Shown here in pieces: positions 18,512 through 28,167 of a stretch of DNA of 64,000 nucleotides. Origin of the DNA: a virus. The translations under genes were made by a program, and so were the position numbers. The DNA is taken from positions 1-64,000 of the IMG/VR virus record IMGVR_UViG_3300050014_000073; one strand, given 5' to 3'. Position 1 is the stretch's first letter; each line of letters opens with the position of its first letter. The notes under the pieces are model-generated. The model saw nothing but the letters and a program-made list of their open reading frames with translations, had not been told where the DNA came from and did not search any database.

Positions 18512-19142
18512 AAGTCATAACTGTACGGAAGTCATCTAGCGAAGCATGGCAGCGAGCAAATGTATTGCGAAGGTCTTGAATCATGGAAAGCAGATCAGGA
18601 CTTCCGGCTTTCAGCTCCCCACGAAGTCCAATGAGTACTCCCTCTTGACCGAAGACAATCCAGGTACCGTTCCCATCTGTCTTATAGAATCGTTTCTCGC
18701 GAAGGGCAAATCCGTTCAGCAGACGGTCAACGAATTCCACGACACGATCTGATCCAAATTCGATCACGCGTTCGACAGCGTCGAAAGCAATCTTCCGGCG
18801 TTCGAAACTAGGAATCGACAGATGCTTTGCGTTGCTCAGCTCAACAGTTTCGGCGCTCAGCTTCTTCCGTTGGTAGTGAGCCAGTATCGTGAGGCACTCA
18901 CGCTCGGCGACCCACCAGACCCAGGTACTTTCCTTTACACGAGTCCGGTCGTACTTCTTTCTCTGCTTGTGGATGTGAAGAGCTACGTCGGCAATCATGT
19001 CCTCCACATCATATCCGCTTTGGACGTTGGGAGGAAGCATCTTCCACCAGTGAAGAACTCTCTGACTGACAATACCAAGATTTCGTGTGATCAGATTAGA
19101 CTGATACGCGGCTTGGGAGTACGAACGATAGGAGGAGGGCAC
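18501..19142 (-). CDS. sigma-factor-like protein
   Basis: Region-2-like YDVEDMIAD..KYDRTRVKESTWVWW. Confidence 0.6.
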   Translation of the reverse strand: MPSSYRSYSQAAYQSNLITRNLGIVSQRVLHWWKMLPPNVQSGYDVEDMIADVALHIHKQRKKYDRTRVKESTWVWWVAERECLTILAHYQRKKLSAETVELSNAKHLSIPSFERRKIAFDAVERVIEFGSDRVVEFVDRLLNGFALREKRFYKTDGNGTWIVFGQEGVLIGLRGELKAGSPDLLSMIQDLRNTFARCHASLDDFRTVMTYAS

Positions 19143-20116
19143 GAAGGCGGAGTCCTTTCTGTATTTGATTTGACTTCGAAGAACTTGTGACGGAGCGCTA
19201 GAAGCGACACCATGTTGCGGTCCGCAAGAAACTGTTCGAACTTCAGCTTGGCAGCTGCTCGTTCAATATTACTTCTCCAAAACGGTTCGGTTCGGTAAGA
19301 TGGGATTCCATGAGCTTCGATGCAGGACTTGATTCGGGGATCGTACCAGGAAGTAGGAATCTGAGCAGCGTAATATGACTTCTTGATCTCGGGCCAGATT
19401 GGTTCTAGGTTTGCGTGAAGAAGCCGGAAGCTAGGAATCTGGTCTTTAAATCCTGGAAGTCCTAAGTCAGCGCCGTCTTTCAGCAGCTTGATTGCCGTCT
19501 TCGGTCCCATCCCGCGCATTGGCTTGATATTGTCACAGGAGTCCCCGCCAAGTGCGAGGTATTCATCCCAGACGTGAACCGGGATTCCGAACTCCTTCTC
19601 GACGTCGGTGTGTGAGATCCGGCGGAAGTTTCCGTTTTCCTTCTTGGGAACGAGAACTTGTACGCGGGAGTTGAGCAACTGGTAGAAGTCTTTGTCAGTA
19701 CTGAATATGAGCACGTCGTCCTTCAAGATCTTCGACAGTACTCCAATGACATCGTCAGCCTCAAGTCCCATCACGCTGACGCTGGAATAGCCTAGCAATG
19801 TCAGGATGTTGAAAACTTCTGGAAGTTGAGCGAGAATCCCTCGGTACTCGTCATTGTTATGATTGCGGTTTGCTTTGTACTTCGTGACTACGTCTTCGCG
19901 CCAGTTGCGGGGTTTTGCTGCGCCTGGAATTGGAATGCCATGGTCCCATACCCACAAGATCCTTGGAGAGACGTTTTGCCGTAAGTCATGAAGGGTTTTC
20001 AGGATGCCGTATATGATACCAGTGGGTTTGCTTTCGTACGAGAGGTTGTGGAATGCGTAGTGAGCCCGAAATACGGTGTTCATTACATCCACGAGGATTA
20101 CAGGAGACTGTGGCAT
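19091..20116 (-). CDS. 5'-3' exonuclease (FEN / PolI N-terminal / T4 RNase H type)
   Basis: ILVD, YKANR, EADDVI, STDKDFYQL, GDSCDNI, GMGPKTA. Confidence 0.93.
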   Translation of the reverse strand: MPQSPVILVDVMNTVFRAHYAFHNLSYESKPTGIIYGILKTLHDLRQNVSPRILWVWDHGIPIPGAAKPRNWREDVVTKYKANRNHNNDEYRGILAQLPEVFNILTLLGYSSVSVMGLEADDVIGVLSKILKDDVLIFSTDKDFYQLLNSRVQVLVPKKENGNFRRISHTDVEKEFGIPVHVWDEYLALGGDSCDNIKPMRGMGPKTAIKLLKDGADLGLPGFKDQIPSFRLLHANLEPIWPEIKKSYYAAQIPTSWYDPRIKSCIEAHGIPSYRTEPFWRSNIERAAAKLKFEQFLADRNMVSLLALRHKFFEVKSNTERTPPSCPPPIVRTPKPRISLI

Positions 20117-20117
20117 G

Positions 20118-20291
20118 TTACGCTACGTTCTTGTAAGTCTTACCACGCAGGATGTTGGAAATGGTTGCTTGGGTGACCCCGAGTTTATCCGCAACCTTTT
20201 TCTGGGTCAGTTCTTCACGAGGCTGAAGAACTTTGCGTACCCACTCGACTTGAGCAGATGAGAGAGAAGCAGAACCTTTTTTACGTGCCAT
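20118..20291 (-). CDS. small HTH (XRE/Cro-like) regulator, 57 aa (not in ORF track)
   Basis: LTQKKVADKLGVTQATISNILRGKTY. Confidence 0.8.
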   Translation of the reverse strand: MARKKGSASLSSAQVEWVRKVLQPREELTQKKVADKLGVTQATISNILRGKTYKNVA

Positions 20292-20329
20292 ACTTTATAA
20301 AGTATAACGTATTGATTGGGAGTAGTAAA
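20290..20329 (-). promoter_or_regulatory. sigma70-like promoter with perfect 16-bp palindromic operator
   Basis: TTTACT-17-TATACT; palindrome ATACTTTATAAAGTAT at 20290-20305 spans the -10 box to the start codon. Confidence 0.65.
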
Positions 20330-20344
20330 GGAATATTTATTCCG

Positions 20345-21235
20345 CTACTTTAGGAGCAGACGAGCTCGGGTTCCCCACGTGTAAGGAACCAAGTTATTCG
20401 TGATCAGAGCTTGTAGTTCTTCTAGCGGAGCTTCATCAGCAGGAAGTCGGACGGGCCACACGATACTGACAGGATTCTTCCAGCGTTCAACGAGCTTCTC
20501 GGCGACGTGAACCGTTCCCTTCCGTCCTACGGAATCCGGGTCAGGATAGAGAACCAAGTGTTTGCAGGAACTCTCGGAAATCTGTTGGAGTTGAATATCC
20601 GTCAAATCGTGTCCTAGGAGTGAAGCGGAGCCGGAATCCGTGACCTGAGCAATCCGGAGTGCTTTGATTGCTCCTTCACTGAGAATCGTCACTTCCTGCT
20701 TCGGGTCAAATCTGAACAGGTATTTTTCCCCGCGACTATTGAGGTACTTCGGCGTAGAGTCGGTGAACGTTCGGGCGTTGATTGCCTTTAGCTCCTTGTC
20801 TACGAAAACCGGGAACAGGATTCGATAAGCATATCTTCCACCGTACGAAACTCCGATACGATTCTCCCGGATCTGCTCTTCCGTGATTCCACGGTCTAGG
20901 ATATACTTCTTGGCTTGGCAATCGAGATCGTCATAGACGCGAGTGAGAACCTGGAAATCCTTTGGGAACTCAACGCGCTCAAAGTTCCCGGAATCTGGAG
21001 CTTTCTCGACTCCTGTGACCTCGGCTGAAATCCCAAGTTGCTTGAGAACAGGAACGATAGCGTATCTATGCTTCCAATTGCACTTCCCGTTAAAACACCT
21101 GCCCCATTGTTGGGTTGTATGCACACACAGAAGAAGTCGAGGATCATTGCAAAAAGGACACGCGATGTGAATCTTACCGTCATGCCCCTGGCGGAACTTA
21201 ATACCTCTGCGAAGGAGAGCTTCCTGGAAAGTCAT
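20345..21235 (-). CDS. DNA primase (Zn finger plus TOPRIM)
   Basis: CPFC..C..C, RILFPV, PKYLN, SEG, YPDPD. Confidence 0.9.
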   Translation of the reverse strand: MTFQEALLRRGIKFRQGHDGKIHIACPFCNDPRLLLCVHTTQQWGRCFNGKCNWKHRYAIVPVLKQLGISAEVTGVEKAPDSGNFERVEFPKDFQVLTRVYDDLDCQAKKYILDRGITEEQIRENRIGVSYGGRYAYRILFPVFVDKELKAINARTFTDSTPKYLNSRGEKYLFRFDPKQEVTILSEGAIKALRIAQVTDSGSASLLGHDLTDIQLQQISESSCKHLVLYPDPDSVGRKGTVHVAEKLVERWKNPVSIVWPVRLPADEAPLEELQALITNNLVPYTWGTRARLLLK

Positions 21236-21298
21236 GTCAACTTTATAAAAGGGCGGATTACGCGCCGCCCCGCGTGGTTGAACTGCCCTTTTCTTTCG

Positions 21299-21907
21299 CT
21301 ACTGGATGGGCTCTGGCCGCCTGCGCCGCATTAGACTCAATGCCAAAAGTCCCGCCCCGAGCAGAAATAGCGAGGTTGGCTCAGGCGCATTGGAGGATGC
21401 CACGAAAGCCTGGGTGCCACTCCCGGCCACTGGCTCGATATATTCCACCGAGCCGAAATTGAACGTTGGGATCTCGGAGCTTGCCGTCCAGAGGTAGGAA
21501 GCCATACTCGCGGTCGTCGCAAAGGCCCCCTGGTCGAAGACGTTCCACATATCCTGCTGGATGTCGATCTGCGACTGCGGTGTAGGCGTTAGCAGTGTCG
21601 AAAGCACGCCAATCAATTCGTAGCCTTGGAGTGCTCCCCGATCGGCGGAGAACATGCCGGAGGACGCCGCCTCGCCCAGCGTGTCGATATTGGCCATCCA
21701 GCTTTCGCCGGTTGTGATTTCGTTGAATAGGTCGTAGCAGTCGGCGGATATGTCCAGACTTCCGACTGTGAGAAAGTAAGGCAGAACGTAATCGGAGCCG
21801 TTGTTTACCCCGGTTGTCCCGTTGAATGTGACCTGAATCGTTTCCGCATTCAGGCAAATTGTACCCACCAATAAGGCCATGGCGAGCAGTTTAATCGTCG
21901 TTTTCAT
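21299..21907 (-). CDS. PEP-CTERM sorted surface protein
   Basis: Signal peptide MKTTIKLLAMALLVG; C-terminal APEPTSLFLLGAGLLALSLMRRRR. Confidence 0.92.
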   Translation of the reverse strand: MKTTIKLLAMALLVGTICLNAETIQVTFNGTTGVNNGSDYVLPYFLTVGSLDISADCYDLFNEITTGESWMANIDTLGEAASSGMFSADRGALQGYELIGVLSTLLTPTPQSQIDIQQDMWNVFDQGAFATTASMASYLWTASSEIPTFNFGSVEYIEPVAGSGTQAFVASSNAPEPTSLFLLGAGLLALSLMRRRRPEPIQ

Positions 21908-22120
21908 GTTGTGTTCATTCCTCCTGGGCGGATTACGCACCGCCCCGCGCTGTACCTGGTCCACTAGATTCTGCAAGGCGTGATAGGTTTTCTCAAGCAT
22001 CTTCGTCTCCTTTTTGATCCAGTTTCTAATCCCTTAATTTGCTCTCAGTCCGGGATCGACATTATTGGGACTTGCAAGATAGACTGTCATGTGTTTGCTC
22101 AACAGGGTGAGTCTTTAAAG

Positions 22121-22532
22121 TCATGTCAACTTTACAGGAATCAGGTACTCTTGTATACAGTCGAGAGTGTAGTTCTGATTCGGATTCGGATCGTGGGCAA
22201 TATCCGCCTTCCAATAGACCTTATTTGGATCGGGGCCTTCTTCTGAAAGGAATTTCAAAACGACGGAATGTCTCTCCTCAGTTCCTACTACTGAAAAGAA
22301 CCCTAGTCCGTATACTCCGATAGCACAGACGGAGTCTTCCGGGTGGAAGTAGAGAAATCCATATCCTTGCTCTTCTAGCCAGTCCATTGCAGGATCAAAC
22401 CAAGCCTTTCCCGGTCCAAATTCAGAGAAGTTAGGTACCTCGTCGAGAGGCAGGTCCAAGATACTAGCAAAAGCTGCTTGCAGACAATTGCCTTGAAGCT
22501 TCCCGAACTTATTTTTGAAATACCGGCGTCAT
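22121..22532 (-). pseudogene. phage protein with GNCLQAAxASIL motif (peptidase-like); +1 frameshift in A5 run near the start
   Basis: MTPVFQ + NKFGKLQGNCLQAAFASILDLPLDEVP in frame if one A at 22512-22516 is removed. Confidence 0.6.
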
Positions 22533-22553
22533 GGTTCCTCCGGGAACACTAGG

Positions 22554-23420
22554 TCATATCACAAGTTTTCTTGCAAGAACTCTTTGTATTCCAGCATCAG
22601 TATCAAGAACAGACCACGACTTGATTTTACTGCTTGCCTTCTTGATCTCTATAGCAATTGCTTCCGCGACGGCGGGAACGACTGCGTTCCCACACATTCG
22701 TTTACGAACGGCATCAGAAAATCCCGAAGTCCAGCCAATTGGAAATCCAAATCCGTATTCATACTCTTCCGCCAAAAGACGCCGTAACCCTTTTCCGGAC
22801 TTCCAAACGAAATTTGCATTACGAACATTTCCGCCTTCTTGTGACATAAGACAACCCAAAACTGCATGTTGAACTTTAGACAGCGCTTTACGAGATGATG
22901 GATTAGTTGCTTGGACATGAAACATTCGAATTGCAGTTTTGGAAGTACAGCCAACGACAAAGGCTCTTTCGCGGTTTTGAGGTACAAATTGGGAGGCGTT
23001 CGCCCAGATAACAACGACTGCGTATCCGCAGGCTTCCAGTGCGAGAGCGAACTCGTTAACATTTGGTGAAGGAACATTCTCGCGGACCACCCACCGAGGC
23101 GCGAGTCGTGCTGCCACGGCAAGGTAGTATCCGGACAAGTCGGGATGACGGCTTTCATGATTTCCTTTCGCAATAGAGCGCGCGGGGCAGGGGTCTCCTC
23201 CGATGATTACATCTGGAACTGGAATGGGATTGTTCCCTAAAAGTCTAGTTTTTAGAAGATCCTTGACATCAGAATAAATTGGAACTCCAGGAAACTTGTT
23301 ATGAAGCCGTTGACAGGATCGGTCTTTCTCACAGAACCAGATTGTCTTGAATCCTGCGTTGCAAAAGCCGAGATCCATTCCTCCGATTCCTGAGAACAGA
23401 CTTCCAACCGTCAGCTTCAC
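22554..23420 (-). CDS. C5 cytosine DNA methyltransferase
   Basis: SLFSGIGG, GDPCP, ENV, QNRER, GNAV. Confidence 0.92.
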   Translation of the reverse strand: MKLTVGSLFSGIGGMDLGFCNAGFKTIWFCEKDRSCQRLHNKFPGVPIYSDVKDLLKTRLLGNNPIPVPDVIIGGDPCPARSIAKGNHESRHPDLSGYYLAVAARLAPRWVVRENVPSPNVNEFALALEACGYAVVVIWANASQFVPQNRERAFVVGCTSKTAIRMFHVQATNPSSRKALSKVQHAVLGCLMSQEGGNVRNANFVWKSGKGLRRLLAEEYEYGFGFPIGWTSGFSDAVRKRMCGNAVVPAVAEAIAIEIKKASSKIKSWSVLDTDAGIQRVLARKLVI

Positions 23421-24787
23421 GGTTCCTCCGGAACGGCATTCATTTTCGCATACCGGGCCGTCGCTTCTGCGTCGTATATGCTTCCCTGCTTCAAGTCCGG
23501 GACGATCTCACACCCAATTTCCATCCGGGCGTTTTTATGCGCCGCAACCCATAAGTAAATCGAATCTTCAGTCCAGTCCCCTTTTCCCATCGAGATTCCA
23601 CAAGCGACTTTCCGCATCTTGCCGATGTCTTCGGCAACACGATCCCCGCTCAGGATCTTGAGATTCCGCGTATCACGCTGGGTCTGAGCAGCTACCCAGC
23701 CCACCTGGTTGTACCGAGCCATGAACTGCCGCAAGCCTCGATAGACATCGTCAGATTCAAACCGCTTCTCGGAATATTTCCGGCTCGGTCGGATTTCCTC
23801 ATCATAGTCAATGAGCGTCGCATCAGGTATGAATCCCTCATCTCGAAATGACCCGACGGCAGATTCAAGAGTTGCAAGAGTAAATCCCCCCTCCGTCCCA
23901 TCATAGATCTTGATCTTCCCGTGAACTGAGTTCTTGAACTTCTCAAATCTCTTGGTAAGAGTCTGAGGATAGTCTGCCAGTCCAATCATCGAAATATGCG
24001 AGACGATTGCGTCCAGCCGGTCCTCGACAGTTTTTCGTGGGTCTTCAAGTGTGACGTACAGTACATTGAGCCTCTGCCGTGCGTAGGCGATCGCTAGCCA
24101 CTCTAAGAACATACTTTTGCCCCGTTTGTACGGGGCCAGGACCATGCCCAGCTCCTTAGGTGCTACAAGAGGGACGATCTGGTCGAGAGGTTCAATAAGA
24201 GAGTAGGGAACCCGAACATGCTTTCGTTCAGCTAGACGGCGGGCGATACGGTCATCGAGAGTTGACAGATAGTCAGTAGTCCGGTTCTCGTTCTGGAGAA
24301 CAAGAACTCCCTTCCTGACGATCTCTGCCCACTTCTCGTCTGTGAGCTGTCCCGAAGAGTGAAGATCGACTAACTCTTCTATCGCGTTCTTGCGAAGCTG
24401 GTTGCTTTTGAACTTGACAACCTTTTCTACTAAGGCATCCGGAGCTGAGAGCTTGAGTTTCTCTATTGAAGCAACGTACTCGAAAAGTTCGGCTTTCTGC
24501 ATTGCCCCAAGATCAAGCTGATGGGCATACTCTAAGACGTCGGACTGCGCCAGTTTCCCGAGAGGTTCGTGATGTTTCTTCCAGAACTCCAACGCTCGTT
24601 CCGCTACAATCCAGCGAGCTCGGCCGCGAGGCGCTGCTTTGTCAGGACGGAAATCTTCGGGTGACAGTAACGTTCCACACTGCTTCAGAGTATGATGATC
24701 GAGAACGAGAAGAGCAACCAGACTGTCCTGGAAGTGTGTGTCGTCCCACCAGCGGCTTGGAGATGGATGTTTGGAGGCTATAGACAT
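23417..24787 (-). CDS. replicative DNA helicase (DnaB/gp41-like SF4)
   Basis: APYKRGKS, YVTLED, LIDY, AAQTQR, AED, KNAR. Confidence 0.88.
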   Translation of the reverse strand: MSIASKHPSPSRWWDDTHFQDSLVALLVLDHHTLKQCGTLLSPEDFRPDKAAPRGRARWIVAERALEFWKKHHEPLGKLAQSDVLEYAHQLDLGAMQKAELFEYVASIEKLKLSAPDALVEKVVKFKSNQLRKNAIEELVDLHSSGQLTDEKWAEIVRKGVLVLQNENRTTDYLSTLDDRIARRLAERKHVRVPYSLIEPLDQIVPLVAPKELGMVLAPYKRGKSMFLEWLAIAYARQRLNVLYVTLEDPRKTVEDRLDAIVSHISMIGLADYPQTLTKRFEKFKNSVHGKIKIYDGTEGGFTLATLESAVGSFRDEGFIPDATLIDYDEEIRPSRKYSEKRFESDDVYRGLRQFMARYNQVGWVAAQTQRDTRNLKILSGDRVAEDIGKMRKVACGISMGKGDWTEDSIYLWVAAHKNARMEIGCEIVPDLKQGSIYDAEATARYAKMNAVPEEP

Positions 24788-24796
24788 TGAACTAGG

Positions 24797-24997
24797 TTAT
24801 GACCGCGACTCCGACCCCGACCGCGACCCCGACCCCGACCGCGGCCTCAACCCCGACTGCGACCACGACCGCGACCCCGACCCCGACCACGACCTCGACC
24901 ACGACCGCGACCCCGACCCCGACCGTGACCTCAACCCCGACTGCGACCACGACCGCGACCCCGACCCCGACCATTTATGAAGTTTGTTCCAACGCAT
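24797..24997 (-). repeat. 6-bp tandem repeat encoding S[RWG] dipeptide micro-protein, copy A
   Basis: MRWNKLHKW then SGSGSRSWS... from CGACCN hexamers. Confidence 0.85.
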
Positions 24998-24998
24998 A

Positions 24999-25568
24999 TC
25001 ACGCTCTCCTGAAATTCCTTCTGGGATGAAGTTCCCGAAATCGCTGTCGACGAATCTCGTTCTCGAATTGAATCCGTTTCTGAGGTATTGTCTTTAGATA
25101 GTTTTTCAGTTCCCTATCCGGATCGAGATCTTCTTTTCCCGACCAAGCTAGTTTTATACTTGGTAGATTGTAGGACTTCCGGTTCTCACCATTCGGATAT
25201 GTCTTGATGACGGCTTCTTCGAGACGCTGTCGAGCTGAGGCGCTTGCAATGAGAGAAGCCGGAAGCCCAAGGTGGAGTTCCTTATCGTTGTTCGGATCGT
25301 ACTTCCGTCCCTGCTTATAGACAAGAGTCAAGACGTCGAGAATAAACTCAGGCGTAACGCAGTAGCGCATCGACCATACTTTGAGAGTAAGTAGTAGGAG
25401 TTCAGCATTCGGTCCTAGAGGCATCCATACAATGACATCTTCTGAATAAGGTTTCCGGTTGGTTCGCTGTCTACGAGAGTTCTCGACTTGCAATAAAGCT
25501 TTCTCAAGTCGAGACGCCCAGGCAGTGACAGCCTCCCGCAGTGCATGTTTAAGTTCAAGGTCTACCAT
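24999..25568 (-). CDS. hypothetical protein
   Basis: 189-aa ORF in operon. Confidence 0.7.
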   Translation of the reverse strand: MVDLELKHALREAVTAWASRLEKALLQVENSRRQRTNRKPYSEDVIVWMPLGPNAELLLLTLKVWSMRYCVTPEFILDVLTLVYKQGRKYDPNNDKELHLGLPASLIASASARQRLEEAVIKTYPNGENRKSYNLPSIKLAWSGKEDLDPDRELKNYLKTIPQKRIQFENEIRRQRFRELHPRRNFRRA

Positions 25569-25783
25569 CTGGAGTGGTCTTGGAGAAGCGTACCATCTAT
25601 GAAATGAGAGGGTAGTACGACGATGCCTCCGGGAAGGTCAAGGGTAACGAAAGCGTAGGATTGCCGCATTACTAGACCTTCCTGTCCTGCGAAAGCTCCT
25701 TGATTGATGCGAAGCTGAAGGCCATCGCGGTCGAACACTTCGCCTACAATATAGATTTTTTCGCCTTTGATGACTTTGGGCAT
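25562..25783 (-). CDS. small KOW-motif protein
   Basis: LRINQGAFAGQEGLV resembles a KOW motif. Confidence 0.5.
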   Translation of the reverse strand: MPKVIKGEKIYIVGEVFDRDGLQLRINQGAFAGQEGLVMRQSYAFVTLDLPGGIVVLPSHFIDGTLLQDHSRW

Positions 25784-25797
25784 TGTGTTAGATTTTC

Positions 25798-26010
25798 TAT
25801 AGCTGCGACCCCGACCCCGACCCCGACTCCCGACCGCGACTCCGACCCCGACCGCGACCTCAACCCCGACCACGACCACGACCGCGACCACGACCCCGAC
25901 CGCGACCTCAACCCCGACCACGACCACGACCGCGACCCCGACCACGACCCCGACCACGACCGCGACCCCGACCACGACCCCGACCATTTATGAAGTTTGT
26001 TCCAACGCAT
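25798..26010 (-). repeat. 6-bp tandem repeat encoding S[RWG] dipeptide micro-protein, copy B
   Basis: Same MRWNKLHKW start as copy A; one-base phase break near 25828. Confidence 0.85.
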
Positions 26011-26018
26011 CGGAAATC

Positions 26019-26282
26019 CTACTTCCCTTCGCCGAAACTTTCGATAGCTCCACGCTGCACATACCAAGACGTGCCCGGAAGCGGTTGAGCATCTTTGTAG
26101 CCCCGTTCGGTAAACGCACCCGTTTCGTAAACGATCTTGGCGTCGGTTAGCAGAACGCAAGACTCATTCACTCCGGAAAGAGTTCCGGCATAGATGTAGT
26201 TCAAGCAGAATAGAAGGACTGACTTTCCAATAAGAGAAAGCAATCCTTCTTCGTCTTCGGAAACTTCAATAAGCTTTTTCAT
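26019..26282 (-). CDS. Sm/LSm-like small beta-barrel protein
   Basis: LIGKSVLLF..NYIYAGTLSGVNESCVLLTDA..WYVQRGAIESF pattern. Confidence 0.65.
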   Translation of the reverse strand: MKKLIEVSEDEEGLLSLIGKSVLLFCLNYIYAGTLSGVNESCVLLTDAKIVYETGAFTERGYKDAQPLPGTSWYVQRGAIESFGEGK

Positions 26283-26288
26283 GATTGA

Positions 26289-26624
26289 TTATACGGTTAC
26301 TGGATCACTGTTCCTTCTGGCAATTTTCCTAGACTGTAACACAGCGCGCCTTTGATGGTTAACGGAATGCAGGTAGGGAGTACCCACGCCCTCTCCAAAG
26401 TTCTCAGCGATTTCCGGTGCGAAGGTGAAGTAGCAGTATAGTGGGTCTTTCAGGACTGGCATAAGCATCCTCTCCGCGTGGGCCTTTCCTATGCCGCGAG
26501 ACCGCAGGTAGAACAGCGCCTCTTCGGGGAAACCCGCCGTGGACGGAGACAGGAAGTGCTGCTGTTGGAGTTTATCGTCTTCGCCTGGAGTCCATTCGGG
26601 ATTCGGAATCATTTTGGGAATCAC
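26289..26624 (-). CDS. small protein with SufB/SufD C-terminal-like motif
   Basis: EEALFYLRSRGI..AERML. Confidence 0.55.
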   Translation of the reverse strand: MIPKMIPNPEWTPGEDDKLQQQHFLSPSTAGFPEEALFYLRSRGIGKAHAERMLMPVLKDPLYCYFTFAPEIAENFGEGVGTPYLHSVNHQRRAVLQSRKIARRNSDPVTV

Positions 26625-26679
26625 GCAGAACCTCCACTTCAATTATACGGTTGTGAAAAGACCACGGAATAAAAATCGC

Positions 26680-26708
26680 TTTACTTTGCACTGCTACCGT
26701 AGTATAAA
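26680..26708 (+). promoter_or_regulatory. sigma70-like promoter at the strand switch
   Basis: TTTACT-17-TATAAA. Confidence 0.5.
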
Positions 26709-27491
26709 AAAGGTAGCGTCGTTGGCTGGCAAGCTGGTGGCGTCGGACTTCTTCTGAGAAGTTCAAGGAATCGGGGCGGGTTTCAGTTCCACGAAACCTG
26801 TTACCCGCCCCTTCCGTTTTGTGGAAATGACAACTTCTTCAAATTCGGCCAGCAGCAAAATATCCCCTAGGCATACCGTAAGCCTCTCTAAGAGGCAAGG
26901 ACTGGCGCTTAGGGTAATACGCTCTGCAAGTACTAGCGGTCTCCATACGTTCGGTTGCAGGGTGGGTAGTGTCTCTATGAAGCCCGTAAGGGCGGTTCCA
27001 CAAGAGACAGCGCGGGGGTTTGAGACAGAAGCGCGGAACCGATCGAACTGCAACAGAGGAAACTCTCGGTCAAATTCTGTCAACGTCACCATCCTACAAA
27101 TTCCCATATCTGGAATACCAAATGGCACAGATTCACGCCAGGTCGTGAGGAGAGACGTAAGAGTTGCATCTTACGTCACGTCTGCGGACGCGGCGATTTC
27201 TTACATTCAAGGTACGCTAGAGAAAAATCCTAGCGTGAAAGTTTTCTTATCAGGCAGCAGTCAACATTTCTTAAGCCTCGATATGGGCGTCTTGAGTGGC
27301 TTACGCTTCGCGCAGGGCAGGTTCTCCCTAGAGTCCTTTCGAGTAGTAAACTTCCTTCATGTACTGGGGTCTTAGAACCTCTTAAATTTGTGAAGAGGAA
27401 GTTTGCGTTTTGACCTCGATTGGGCCTAGGGGGAGCTCTGCCCCTTTCAAGAGAGGAAACCGCAGCTACGCTGCTCTTCCTATTCTCTTGA

Positions 27492-27809
27492 AAGTGTCTT
27501 TACATCGCTTCGCGATACAAGCGGCCTGCTCAACCAAAGCGAAAATCAAGAAAGTATCCTTTACGAGAAACAAAAGGAAAAAGCTCGTTTTATCGTACAT
27601 ACATCCATTCTCCTGAGTGGTTCTCTTTCCGAGAACGGATTCTTCTTGCCCGCGGAAGTCACTGTGAAGTATGCAAAGCATACCGAAGTCCACTTCATCT
27701 CCACCACGACACTTATGAAAACCTTGGGCACGAGAAAGACGAAGACGTCCGTTTGCTTTGCGTTCCTTGCCACGAGACTTTCCACGGAAGGAAATTCAGA
27801 AACGTATAA
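27492..27809 (+). CDS. HNH endonuclease lacking a canonical start (not in ORF track)
   Basis: YIHSPEW..RERIL..CEVC..LHLHHDTYENLGHE..LLCVPCHETFH. Confidence 0.75.
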   Translation, partial: KCLYIASRYKRPAQPKRKSRKYPLRETKGKSSFYRTYIHSPEWFSFRERILLARGSHCEVCKAYRSPLHLHHDTYENLGHEKDEDVRLLCVPCHETFHGRKFRNV

Positions 27810-27818
27810 TTAGCTATC

Positions 27819-28157
27819 ATGATTACCGTAACCGTTTCCGGTCCTTCCAAGTGCGGAAAAACCGCCGTTGCTGTATTCCTTGCTCGTCAGTTAGACGGTC
27901 TAACGAAATCCGTTCAGCTCCGTGACGAGACAAGCAATACTCTTACTTTCCAAGCCGTCCTTGACGTTCTCGAAGATGCTGAAGTAACCGTCATTGCAAA
28001 AGATGACATAGAGATAAAACTTCCCCATGAACAAGACATCCTCTTCCCCGACGAGAAGAGCTACACTCCTCCTGTTCCTGAGACGGAGCATCCCGAACCG
28101 GAAGAGAATCTGCTCACCGAAGACGAAGCTCTTTCCCGAATCCTTACGAACGCCTAG
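27819..28157 (+). CDS. hypothetical protein with P-loop-like N-terminus
   Basis: GPSKCGKT; follows ACGTATAAT. Confidence 0.6.
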   Translation: MITVTVSGPSKCGKTAVAVFLARQLDGLTKSVQLRDETSNTLTFQAVLDVLEDAEVTVIAKDDIEIKLPHEQDILFPDEKSYTPPVPETEHPEPEENLLTEDEALSRILTNA

Positions 28158-28167
28158 GATTTAAATT

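Noticed and set aside
24799-25985. Hexamer tracts as CRISPR or DGR
   Set aside because: No spacer structure, no reverse transcriptase, no adenine-specific variation
24738-25993. PT-, DPDR- and VGV-repeat ORFs in other frames
   Set aside because: By-products of the hexamer repeat; only the minus-strand S-x frame has a duplicated start and operon orientation
26763-27375. ORFs 26763..27128(-) and 26821..27375(+)
   Set aside because: No RBS or recognisable motifs, atypical composition, region dominated by inverted repeats
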